In this document: positions 19,655 to 31,700 of the stretch, one piece after another
Numbering within the stretch: position 1 is the stretch's first letter
Layout: the number at the start of each line of letters is the position of its first letter
Origin: Scyliorhinus canicula
Taxonomy: Eukaryota
DNA length: 64,000 bases
Direction: 5' to 3'
NCBI RefSeq assembly: GCF_902713615.1
Contig: NC_052175.1
Location: 7,209,941 to 7,273,940, forward strand
Program-made: the position numbers and the translations under genes
The notes under the pieces: model-generated
Told to the model about the DNA's origin: nothing
What the model saw: only the letters and a program-made list of their open reading frames with translations
Databases searched by the model: none

Positions 19655-22230
19655 GTCACTAGGGCAGATTGCACATAAACTGAAGGGGCACCAATATCCT
19701 GTGTGGGAGGTTTGCTAGAGCTCTTCGGGAGCGTTCAAAATAGTTTGGAAGGCTGATGGGAACCAGAGCTATGGATCAGAGGGTAGGGTAGCTGTTGAAC
19801 AGACAGAAATAGTATGCAGCGAGGGTTTTTAATTTATTTTCATATTTCTGTTTGTAAATAAAACAAATCAGATCAGAGGGCACGGAAGCTTGGGAAGTTG
19901 CATGCTCTATTGTTGCAATTGCATGAGCAGGATGTGGATGGTGAGGGACACAAACCGGTGTTCCCGCTGACTGCACCAGCGGGGAAGTGCACCCAACTCC
20001 AGCTCCTCCTCAAGGAAATAGAGCATGAGCTGGATCAACATCGGATCATCCGTGAGGCACAGGGGGTGATAGAGAAGGGTTACAGGGAGGTACCACACCC
20101 AAGGTACAGTACAAGAGTAGGTGGGGTACAGTAAAGGGACAGAAAAGTAGCGGGCAGACAGTACAGGAATGCCCCGTGTCCATTCCCCTTCAAAACACGT
20201 ATGCCGTTTTGGATACTGTTGGGGGAGGGGGAATGACCTAATGGGGCAAAGCCCTAACGGCCAGGTCTCTGACACTGAGTCGGGCTCTGTGACTCAGAAT
20301 GTGTGGGCAGAATTGGAAAGCAATAGTGATAGGAGTTCGGTGTTAGGTGAACGGATAGGAGATTATGTAGTCGCGAACGATACCCGCGGAACGTATGTTG
20401 CCTCCCGGCAGCCAAGGTCAGTGATGTCTCGGATAGAGTCGATAGGATTCTTACGGAGGAGTGAGCGTAACCAGAACTCGAGGTACACATAGATACCAAT
20501 GACATAGCTAAGAAAAGCGATGTACATCCAAAAGGTGATTTTAGAGAATTAGGTTGGAAGCTAAAGAGCAGGACAAGCAGAGTAGGGACCTCCGGATTGC
20601 AACCGTTGACACGTGCAAGTGAAGCAAGGACCAGATAGCGAGTGCGGCTGAACGCGTGGCTACAGGGCTGGTGCAGGAGGGAAAGCTTCAGATATGTAGA
20701 TCATTGGTATATCTTCTGTGAACGTGAGACATGTACATGAAGGGCAGATTGCACTTAAGCTGAAGGGGCACCAATATCCTGCGTGGGAGGTTTGCTAGAG
20801 CACTTCGGGAGGGTTCAAACTAGTCTGGAAGGGTGATGGGAACCAGAGCTATGGATAAGAGGATAGGGTAGCTGTTGAACAGACAGAAATAGTATGCAGC
20901 GAGTCTGTGAAGAAGAATATACAGTTGATGGGGCAAATTTGATCCAGCAGAGGGCAGCAGAGCAGAGCTTCTAATTGGCTGTTCCGGGGAGATTTGCATA
21001 CGTGCAGTGCGGTCAGCGTAAGTTGAAGGTGCACCTGCATCAGTGACCCGAGGAGTTCGACGGAATTGAGCATCCAGCTGAGGGCAGCAGAGCAGAGCTT
21101 CTGATTGGCTGTTCCGGGGAGATTTGCATACGTGCAGTGCGGTCAGCGTAAGTTGAAGGTGGTTTGTGAAGGGGCTGTTCTCGAGTGACAGCTTGACGAG
21201 ACACGTTGATGATGGTGGTCAGTGGATGTGGCGTATATGCATTTTAGTTAGGCATTAGATACGTTTTTCCATGGTCGGCTCATTCAGAAAGTTAGGGGGC
21301 ATGGAATACAGGGAAATGTGGCTGTCTGGATGCAGAATTGGCAGGCCGAAAGAAGACAGCGAGTGGTAGTGGGTGGAAAGTATTCCGCCTGGTACGGTGA
21401 CCAGTGTTATCCTGCAGGGATCTGTTGTGGGATCTCTGCTCTTTGTATTTTTTAGAAATGACTTCGATGAGGAAGTGGAAGGGTGGGATAATAAGTTTGC
21501 CGATGACACGAAGGTTGGTAGAGTTGTAGATAGTGCAGAGGGTTGTTGTAGGTGACAGGGCACTGCAGGACATTTCCATGATGCAAAGGGCTGAGAATTG
21601 GCAGATGGATAAAAGTGAAGTGATTCATTTTGAAAGGTCGAATTTGAATGCTGAAAACAGGGTTAAAGGCAGGATGTTTGGAAGTGTGTAGGATGAGAGG
21701 GATCCACGGACATAGATCCCTCAAAGTTTCCACCCAGGTTGATAGGGTTGTTGAGAAGTCGTATGGTGTGGTGGCTTTCATTAACAGGGTGATTGAGTTT
21801 AAGAGGCGCGAGGTTTTGCTGCAGCTTTATAAAACCCTGATTAGACCACATTTGGAACATTGTGTACGGTTCTGGTCGCTTTATTATCGGAAGGATATGG
21901 ATGGTTTGGAGTGGGTGTCAAGGTGATTTACCAGGATGCTGCCTGGACTGTAGGGCATGTCTTACGAAGAAAGGCTGTGGGAGCTAGGGCTTTTTCTAAC
22001 TGGAGCGAAGAAGGAAGAGAGGTGATTTGATAGACATGGTGATGAGAGGCATGGATAGAGTGGATAGCCAGAAACTTTCCCCCAGGGTGGAAATGGCTGT
22101 CACGAGGGGACATACATTTAATATGATTGGAGAAATGTATAGGGGAGTGTCAGAGGTAGATTCTTTACACAGAGAGTGGTGGGTGCATGGAACGCAGTGC
22201 CAGCAGAGGTGGTGGAGGCAGAATCATTAG
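19655..22230 (+). mobile_element. Mosaic of degenerate CR1 pieces (ORF1 esterase, 5' UTR duplication, RT to 3' end)
   Basis: Esterase-like HIDTND remnant near 20490, FADD near 21495, and HLEHCVRFWS near 21850. Confidence 0.75.
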
Positions 22231-22263
22231 GGTTTGAGATGTGATTTGTTTCATCATTTACAG

Positions 22264-22499
22264 AACCGGGACACAGCACAAGAGAGTCCGGCGCAGTGTT
22301 TTTACGTCTGTGCTTTGTTTATCCCAAATGTCAGAGTTATCGCTTGAGTGCACTGGCTTATGGAATTACACCTTGGGACCTATCAGTCCAAAATCTACAT
22401 CAATGGGGGATCCCACATTGTGTCTGAAATGTTGTGGAAAAATTGATCTAGATTTGTTTGTCATGTCAGCACATTATTATGATAAACGGCAACTGCCAG
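22264..22499 (+). pseudogene. Decayed Ig C1-set exon
   Basis: After the acceptor tttacag, one frame reads FYVCALFIPNVRVIA*VHW...YINGGSHIVSEMLWKN*SRFVCHV. The Y, V, S, W, C and V spacing matches the intact C1, and TGA at 22444 sits opposite Gly. Confidence 0.5.
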
Positions 22500-23009
22500 G
22501 TTGTTAGAATGCTACCGTGACATAATTTAATCTTCTGCTATCTAGATATTCCTGTTTTCCTAATCCTGGAGTATTAAATCTTTTCATGAAGCCATTCTGC
22601 TGGAGAGAGGGAGAAGTGGGTAATGATATCACATTGCATCACAACTCATTACCGAACAGAATCACATCAGTCTAAATATTCCCTTTGTGATTATTCGGCA
22701 ATCTGATCATGCACCGACTTAGCTTCGCAAGCGTGTCAGTGAGCACCCTGTAGACATTCTTTCAAGATCTCTCTCCCAGAAACTATCCAATAAAACTCCT
22801 GCAATAAATACGAAAAGTTAAATTCGCATTCCTGTTCATACCGATTTAGATTTAATTACTGTAGTATTTAAATCAGATCTGAGTTCGCTAGAATGATACA
22901 GGGGATGGAATGGTTCAATTACGATGACAGGTTGCACAGACGGGGTTTGCGTTCCCTCGAGTGCAAAAGATGTATCATCTACTCAAGGGGTTAAGCTGGT
23001 TAACTCATT

Positions 23010-23235
23010 AATTAGATACAAATACAGAAAATACAGGAAAATCTCAGCAGGTCTGAAACATCTATGGAGAGAAAGGGAGCTAACGTTTCGAGTCTGGATG
23101 ACGCTTCGTTGAAGCTCACCCAGACTCGGAACGTTAGGTCATTTTTTACTAACATATGCTGTCAGACCTGCTGAGATTTTCCAGCATTTTACATTTTTGT
23201 TTCAGATTCTAGAATCCGCAGTAATTTGCTTTTAA
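23010..23235. mobile_element. Penelope-like palindromic remnant
   Basis: Perfect 21-bp inverted arms at 23036-23056 and 23162-23182. Inner 18-bp arms at 23080-23097 and 23120-23137 have one mismatch. Confidence 0.6.
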
Positions 23236-24289
23236 TTTATTGATACGGGTCTAAACAGACAAACTATTTATCCGCGTGGGAAAATTACAGATGCGGTAAT
23301 GCCGAAGCGGCGAAACAATAAAATTTGAGCCAAACAGTCCAGAGGTGATCCCGAGAAGGCCTTTCTCAAAGGAATGGCATGGAAATCTGAGACTCTACCC
23401 CAGAAAGCATTTCTTGAATATAAATCCATTTCCTTGAGCTGGAGGTGTCGAAGTGGATATGAAATCAAGGTATATAGGCGGGGCTTTTTATGTTAATATT
23501 AACAACCGACTGAAGCCCAACTATTGCCTGTCAGTGATATTGAATGTATAAAGGACACAGATCACAGCTCCTCAGTGAAATGTCCTTTCAATTTTCCTTC
23601 CGAATTTATCTATTTCCTTTATTGTGAAGATAATCAATGAACTTAAACTGTGGCAGAAAGAAATGGAAACATCTTTCGACGGAATTGAAATGTTATATTT
23701 CCAAGTGTCAAAGTATTTTTGAAGTGGGCCTTTTCTGTTTGGCGCGTAGAGAAACGACGAAGTGTTGATTCAACGTTCTCTGTTCATTATTTTTTATTGA
23801 ATGTGCACATTCAGACTGAAATAGAATTTTACATGGCAGGATCTTGAAAAGGTTAGCCTCCTGGCACTTCGGCAAAGCAGAGTGACCTGCCTCCAACAGA
23901 AAACACGTTATATCCCGGAAGTATAATATATCTTTAATTTAGTTTGGCATCTGAGTGTAATGCGCATTATACGCAGTCGAGCATAACATATGAGAGAAAC
24001 ATAAAAAGAGCCGTTATCCCGTGACATGTGGAGGCCACTCTGCCCTTAGACCCTGTTCATCCGTCATTTAAATCATGGCGGATTCGCATCTTTATTTATC
24101 CCACTTCCCGAATCCTTAATACCCTTAACCGAGTCAAACAAAATCAAGGTTTGACGATCTGTGCTGATAGTCTATATATTCTTTCAATTGCTGGTGACAA
24201 ACGAAACAAAGGTGCAGAAAGAGGTAATTCAGCTGACTTGCAAAATACAATTAACATTAACCGAATTGGCCTCTTTGATTATGCATCTC

Positions 24290-24815
24290 GCTTTCCCAAG
24301 TCAGCGGGAGGTTTGGACAGAATCACCGGATGGGAGGGGGTTCGCGTGATAGACTGGGCCATGTTCACGACATTATGGAGCTTCGTGAACCCTGCCCAGT
24401 CCATCACGCGAAGCCCCTTCCATCCATTGACTCTGTCTAAGCCTACCACTGATTTGGGAAAATGATCCGTACAATTAAAGTTCCTCCCGCCCAGACGATT
24501 CTCTATTCCGTCTTCCTCCATCGAGCAGGAAATGCAAAAGTCTAATAACACCCACTAACTTATTCAAAACATCATCCCCGCTATTACCAGACTCCTAAAC
24601 GGCACTCGTATGGACTGATCTGATCTCTTCACACGCCTTCTCTACTGAATAGTACTTCGTTCCTATATGTCTCAGCTGATGCCTGTGTCGATTTATTTAG
24701 ATTGTGCATATATACTTGCCCTCTGCATTTTCTCATATACGGAATGATCCAGCTGCAGAACAACACTTTTTACTGTACCTCGGTCCACGTGACAATCAAC
24801 AATGCCAATCGAATC
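24290..24815 (+). mobile_element. Rex1-like LINE 3' fragment
   Basis: Similar to 26440-26850. Confidence 0.6.
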
Positions 24816-25059
24816 TTAACAGAGATGAAAGATACGAGCCGCTCATTTTATTTCCACTTACCAGCACCTAGTGTGCAGTCTTGCAACTTACTTCTGTAAT
24901 CAGGTTCAGATTCCTTTCCCCTTTTAATAAATTTAGTGTTTCAATAGCAACAGATAAAAAAGTCAATTAAGTCCAGAGACACACTGGATAAGTCCGCTCT
25001 AATCATTCAACCAATCACCTTAAATGTATGATGAGCTCGCGGAGGTCCAATCTTTCATG

Positions 25060-27290
25060 TCCGGCCTATCGTGGCGTATGACAACAATTCAGATCCTGCA
25101 GAGGGCGGCAGAGCGGCAACGCTGACTTGCTGTTGCGGGGAGTGAATTGTGGAAAGCTGCTGTCGGGAGAGTTTCTAGAACTAATATATTTCAGGCAATG
25201 GCTTAACCCGATAAACTGCACAGGTAGTGTCTTCCACCCATCCTCCTCCTCTAACCAAAAAAAAGACTTTGTGATGAGTTTGTGAGGGAAGCATTTCTTT
25301 CCTTTTCCTCTCTCCATCCTGACACCACCTCTAACCCGCGGGGACTATGAAAATCAAGTAAGCCTTTTTTCCATGGATGACAGGTGAAATTGAGAGTCTA
25401 GCTCAGAGGAAAAAGGAAGCATACATAAGGTCTAGGCGATTGAAGACAGACTAAGATTTGGAAGCATATCGGGAATGTAGGACCAACCTGAAACGAGGAC
25501 TCAAGAGGGCTAAAAGGGGTCATGAAATGCCTTTAGCAAAAATGGTTAAAGAAAATCCCAAAGCCTTTCATTCGTATATAAGGAGCAAGAGGGTAACGAA
25601 ATAAAGGGAGGAAAGTTGTGTGTGGAGTCAGAGAAAATGGGTGAGATTCTTAACGATACTTTGCATCGGTATTCACCGAGGAGAGGGATATGATTGATGT
25701 TGAGGTTAGGGATAGATGTTTGATTACGCTAGGTCAAGTCGGCATAAGGAGGGATGATGTATTGTGTATTCTAAAAGGCAGTAATGTGGACGTCCCCAGG
25801 TCCGGATGGGATCTATCGCAGTTTACTGACGGAAGTGAGAGACAAAATTGCTGGGGCATTAACAGATATCTTTGCAGCATCTTTGAACAAGGATGAGTAA
25901 CCGGAGGACTGGAAAATTGCTAATGTTGTTCCCTTGTTTAAGAAGATTAGCAGGGATAATCCAGGTGAGTATAGACCGGAGAGCCCAATGTCATTGTAGT
26001 GAAGGTGCTGGAGAAGATACTGAGGGTTAGAGGAAGATACTATTCTCATTTGAAAGAAAATGGGCTTATCAGTGACAGGCAACATGGTTTTGTGCAGGGA
26101 AGGTCATGTCTTACCAACTTAACAGAATTCTTTGAGGAAGTGACAAAGTTGATTGATGAGGGAAGGGCTGTAGATATTAAATTCATGGACTTGAAAATGT
26201 TCCCCACGGTAGGCTGATGGGGAAAGTTAACTCTCATGGGGTCCAGGGTGTACTAGCTGGATGGACAAAGAACTGGCTGGGCAATAGGTGACAGAGAGTA
26301 GTAGTGGCAGGGAGTTTCTCAAAATGGAGAACTGCGACCAGTGGTCTTCCACAGGGACCCGTGCTGGGACCACCGTTGTTTGTGATCAAAATAACAAGGA
26401 CAAATTACAGCACAGGAACAGGCTCTTCGGCCCTCCAAGCCGCAGGAAACTACAAAAGGTCGTGAATGTTGCCCTGTCCATCACGCAAACCAGCCTCCCA
26501 TCAATTTACTCGATGTATAATTCCCGCTGCCTCGGAAAGGCAATCAGCATAATTAAGAAACCCACGGACCCAGGACATGCTGTCTTCCTCCTTCTTACAT
26601 CAGGAAAAAGATACAAAAGTTTGAGTTCACGTACCAACCGACTCAAGAACAGTCTCTTCCCTGCTGCCATCAGATTTATCAATGGCCCTATCTCATATTG
26701 AGTTGATCTTTTCTCCGAGTCCCAGTTATGACCGCAACAATGCTTTCTGTAGTCTCTCCTTCCTTCCCTACGTACGGTGTGCATTGCAAGAAACAATTAT
26801 TTTTACTGTATACTAATATGTGTGACAATAATAAATCAAATCAAAATCTAATGTTCCATTCGAATGATGTCGGGATGTAGCATTTATGTGGAAGACCAGG
26901 AAGAATAATCCATGCGGAAAGAGCCCCAAAACATCCCACAATCATTATGAGGGCCAGAGTGGATAGCCAGGGGAGTTTTTCCAGGGTGGAAGAGTCAATT
27001 CCGAGAGGAAATAGGGTTAATGTGCCAGGGACAAAGTTTAGAGGAGTTGTGCGAGGGGAGGCTTTCAACACAGAGGCTGCTGGGTACCTGGAACTCGTTG
27101 CCGCAGGAGGTGGTGGACGCAAGCACGATAGTGACGTGTAAGGGGCGTCTTGACAAATAAATGAATAGGATCGGAATAGAGGGATACGGAACCTGGAAGT
27201 GTAGAAGATTTTAGGTTAGAAGTGAAGCGCGCTCGGCGCAGTCTCGGAGGGCAGAAGAGCATGTTTCTCTGCTGCACTTTTCATTGTTCT
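25060..27290 (+). mobile_element. Degenerate CR1 with deletions, interrupted by a Rex1-like fragment
   Basis: QHGFVQGRSCLTNLTEFFEEV at about 26080-26140. CR1 3' end at 26950-27290. Confidence 0.7.
26395..26850 (+). mobile_element. Rex1-like LINE 3' end
   Basis: RKLQKVVNVALSITQTSLPSI...SRCLGKAISIIK...SGKRYKSL...RLKNSLFPAAIR, followed by an (AATCA)n-type tail. Confidence 0.7.
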
Positions 27291-27305
27291 TTGTTCACGA
27301 GTACC

Positions 27306-27820
27306 CAGCCTGCAGAGCTACCAGCCACAGCTGACGAGGTCAGCCACCCTGACCTGTTAACAATCCCAGCATACACACACTCAGACAGTATGAATGTCTA
27401 AAATAGTTTAACAGACGTTCTTCCACGACTGGAAGCGAGGGGATTCATATCGGCAATTGGGAAACCTTTGCTCTCAGCCCCACTCTTCAGATTAACTCTC
27501 CAAACTGTGCAAGGCCGAAAGCATGGTATAATTAAACTCAAGGCCCACTGCTGCACGTCCTCTCTTCGGAATATAAAGGCGGACGAATTAGCCAAACAAG
27601 GTGCCTGGGAGGGAGAATTTTGGCAACCATTGTAACCCATTGAGTTTGAAGCTGTAACTATCTGGCACACGAAGGCAGAATGCCTAAAACAGGCACAAAG
27701 CAGTCACCAGCACCTGAACCAAATTCAGGAAGGGCATACTCTGTCTCCGTTAAAACTGGCGAGACACACTAGTCCCCAAACACGGCCGATATGTAGTCCC
27801 GACGAGAGGATCAGTTCAGA
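27306..27820 (+). mobile_element. Retrovirus-like/LTR element pol fragment (RNase H plus linker)
   Basis: One frame with one stop: QPAEL...HSDSMNV*NSLTDVLPRLEARGFISAIGKPL...GIIKLKAH...RNIKADELAKQGAW. Confidence 0.75.
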
Positions 27821-28619
27821 GGAGGTGTCAGGGAAACATTTTCATCCAGAAAATGGCAGGAGTCTGGAACCCACTACCTGAACGGATGGTAGAGACAGAG
27901 AACCTCACAACATTTAAGACGTATTTTGGTGTGCACATGCAATGTCACTCATGAAAGTGTATAGGCGACGTGCTGGAAAATGGGACTGTGACAATTAGGT
28001 GGTTGTTTGTCACTGATGCAGATCGAATTGCCTGAAGGACTTGTTCTGTGCTGGCGACCTTATGACTCTTCGACTATGAACTTAACTCGAGGTCACCATT
28101 GGTAATCGTGTCTTTATGCAAATTAAAATCACACTTGATTATTTTTGTACTTAGCTTACAATGCATTTCCTGGTTTATACTGTGTTCAATTGTGGAACCT
28201 TTGTAACGCGACCTCGAGATTTTTCCGCCAGGGTTTTGTTTCTCTTGTATTTCCGATTGATTCCGAGAATGTTTCCATGCCTTGATTCCCGTTGGCAACA
28301 TTATTTCTCACACGAGCACATAGCTAATCCTTCACTAATACAGATATTCAAACTCATTTGCATTGATGTTTATCCTTCCAAAACACTAATTATGCTTGGC
28401 TATTAAGGAACATCACTGAATTTGTACGCTAAGAATCAGCAATTCGAATTTTTGATTTGGCTAAGGCTGACTTCAACCGATGAGATAGCAACTGTACACT
28501 GTAAACTGGGAAGATCGGGTAATGAGTCACACAACTGAAGATCAGTGGAGAATATGTCACAAAACAATTATCGAAATACTAAATCCCTGAGAGGGAACAA
28601 AAACCTATACTTGCATGGA

Positions 28620-28925
28620 ACAGACAGTGTAGAAGGAGGCCATTCGGCCCATCGATTTTGCACCGACCCAATTAAGCCCTCTCTTCCACTCTATCCCCGT
28701 AACCCAATAACCCCTCCTAACATTTTTGGTCACGAAAAGCAATTGATCATGGCCAATCCACCTAACATGCACTTCTTTGGACTGTGGGAGGAAACCGGAG
28801 CACCCAGAGGAAACCCACGCACACACGGGGAGGATGTGTAGACTCCGCACAGACAGTGACTCAAGCCGGAATCGAACCTGGGACCCTGAAGCGATTGTGC
28901 TAGCCACAATACTACCGTGCTGCCC
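28620..28925 (-). mobile_element. HE1-like V-SINE
   Basis: Head, central block and tail recognisable. Confidence 0.85.
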
Positions 28926-29723
28926 TATAAACCATAAATTGGTCAGACGGTAACTAATAAGACCTACTAATACGTTTAATAAAGAAAACTTGCAGGAGAC
29001 GTCAATAACAATTATAGTTATAATATTATAGTTATATGAAAGGCAAACAAATGGTCAAGCTAAAATTTGGAGATATTGTTATTTATAATACGGAAATTTC
29101 AGACATGTTAAAAAATTACTTTGCCTCCGTATATACAGTTTAATAGGAGGATGACTTCTTGCAAGTACCGAAAAAATACTATTCGAGAGAGAATAGGGAC
29201 TTGATAGAATGACCACAGGCAGCGAATCGGTAACAGGGTAATTAATGGAAATGAAGTGTGGCAAATCCCCAGGACCTGACGTTTTCCATCCGATGGTGTT
29301 GCAGGAAATTGGGAGAACCTTGTCGATGCCCCAACGGTGTATTTCAGAGTTCCCTTGATTGGGGAGTTGTCTTGAGGATTGGAAAATTGCACATGTCACT
29401 CCAAATCCTGAGAAGGGTGAAAGAGGAAAACCAGTGAAAGACAGATTGTTTTGCCGAGCATCTGCGGTGGGGAAATTGCTGGAGTCTAAAATAACACGCA
29501 GCGTAATTCAGCACCTCGAAATAAAATCGTTCCATCAGGCAGTCACCATCGGTTCGTGAAAGTAATGACTTGTCTGACAAATCTCATCAATTTTTTTGAG
29601 TGTGCGGTAAGTCAGTGGACAGGGGAATGTCAATGGATTTTATTTTATAAAGTTTACAGATGTTACCAAATTAGGTGGGAACGTGAATTGAGACGAGGAT
29701 GCAGGGATCCAACAGCATGATTT

Positions 29724-30077
29724 GGCAGCACGGTAGCATTGTGGATAGCACAATATCTTCACAGCTCCAGGTTCTCAGGTTCGATTCCGGTTTGGGTCAC
29801 TGTCTGTGCAGAGTCCGCACATCCTCCCCGTGTGTGCGTGGGTTTCCTCCGGGTGCTCCCGTTTCCTCCCAAAGTCCAAAGATGTGCAGGTTAGGTGGAT
29901 TGGCCATGATAAATTGTCCTTAGTGTCCAAAATTGCCCTTAGTGTTGGGTGGGGTTACTGGGTTATTGGGATAGGGTGGATGTGTTGAACTTGGGTAGGG
30001 TGCTCTTTCCAAGAGCCGGTGCAGACTCGATGGGCCGAATGGCCTCCTTCTGCACTGTAAATTCTATGATTCTATGA
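29724..30077 (+). mobile_element. HE1-like V-SINE
   Basis: Full head to (TTCTATGA)n tail. Confidence 0.88.
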
Positions 30078-31519
30078 TCTGGATAGGGTTGACGAGTTGG
30101 CAAACCAATGGCAGATTAAGTATAATTTGGATAAATTTGAGGTTATTCATTTTGGAAGCAAAAATAGGAAGGCAGATTACTACCTGAATGGTTGTAAATT
30201 GGTAGAGGGGAGTGTTCTTGTACACCATTCGGTGACGGTAAGCATGCGGGTGCAAAATGCGGTAAAGACGTCGAATGGTATGTTGGCCTTCATTGTTGGA
30301 GGTTTCGAGTACAGAAGTAGGGATGTGTTGCTGCAGATGTACAGGGTCTTGGTGAGGCCACACTTGGAGTATTGTCTGCAGTTCTGGTCTCCTTCTCTGA
30401 GGAAAGATGTTCTTGATCGTGAGAGAGTGCAGCGAAGGTTTACCAGACTGATTCAAGGGATGGCGCGACTGTCACATGACGATAGATTGACTAGGTTGGG
30501 ATTGTACTCGCGGGGTTCAGAAGAATGGGGGGTGGGGGGAGTCTCATAGAGACTTATAAAATTATAACAGGACGAGACAGGGTAGATGCAGGTAAAAATG
30601 TTACCAATGATATTTGTGTCCAGAACCAGGGGTCACAGTCTGAGGATTCGGCGTAAACCATTTTGGACAGTGATAAGGAGACATTTCTTCACAGAAAGAG
30701 TGGTGAGCCACAGGAAGTAGTTGATGCGAAAACTTTGAATATATTCAGGAGGCGGCTGGATATAACACTTGGGGAGAATGTGATCAAAGGCTCTGGGTAG
30801 AAAGCAGGATTAGGCTGTTGAGTTGCATTATCAGCCATTATCGTGATGAATGGCGGAGCAGGCTCGAAGGGTCAAATGGCCTCTTCCTGCTCCTTTCATC
30901 TCTGTATCTATGTATTTATATCGGCTTTCTGAAGGCGTTTGATGAAGTCTCAGATAAGGAACTTTAAACTAAGGTGGAATCCCAACGGAGCTGTGAGAAA
31001 ATAATTGAAATGGATAGGAAATTGAGCAAAGAAGAATGCAGAACAGGAACAGGTCCATCGGCCCTCCAAGCCTGCACTGGTGTAATATGGAAGTGCCCAA
31101 CGTGGGGCGCCAACCCACGACCCTCAGATTAAATGTCGAATACTCTACCGACTGAGCTAGCCGGGCTGGTAAACTAGTTAAATGTCAGGCCAGAGCGAAT
31201 GGGATGATGCGTAAGTTCTCTCATTGGCAGGATGCGACTAGTGGTGTACCACGATGATCAGTGTTGAACCCTCAATTTTTCAAATTATTGTTAACTACTT
31301 AGATTATGGCATAGAACGCCATATAACCAAATTATCTTATGGTACAAGGTTATCGACAGTCGCGATAATAGCATAGCAAACATCAAATGAACGTCATGAC
31401 ATTGGGAAGTTTCTAGGGACAAAGGGACCTTGATGTATTTCTCCATAGTTGTTTAAACGCAGGAAGGCAGGTGAATAGCGTCTTAAAAAGGCATATGGGA
31501 CACTTGCTTGTTTTAATCG

Positions 31520-31700
31520 AGATGCGGAGATGCCGGCGTTGGACTCGGGTGAGCATAGTAAGCATAATAGCATAATAGCATAATAGATTTCGGAGCACTG
31601 CTTCTTCCTCAGTTGAATATTCACCTGAGGAAGGACCAGTGCTCTGAAAGCTAGTGCTTCGAAACAAATGTGTTGCACTTTATCCTGTTGTAAGACTTTT
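31520..31700. mobile_element. Penelope-like palindromic remnant with hammerhead-like motifs
   Basis: 25-bp inverted arms at 31588-31612 and 31625-31649 (3 mismatches), each with CTGAGGA...GAAA. Short (AGCATAAT)n at 31553-31586. Confidence 0.6.

Noticed and set aside
23270-23530. Possible decayed V exon (KI*AKQ...MAWKS...NINN...NYC)
   Set aside because: The spacing needs deletions, the DxGxYYC motif is absent, and there are no clear splice sites.
24185-24230. Possible paralog of the first cytoplasmic exon (VTNETKVQKE|gtaatt)
   Set aside because: There is no AG acceptor at the expected place and the similarity is too short.
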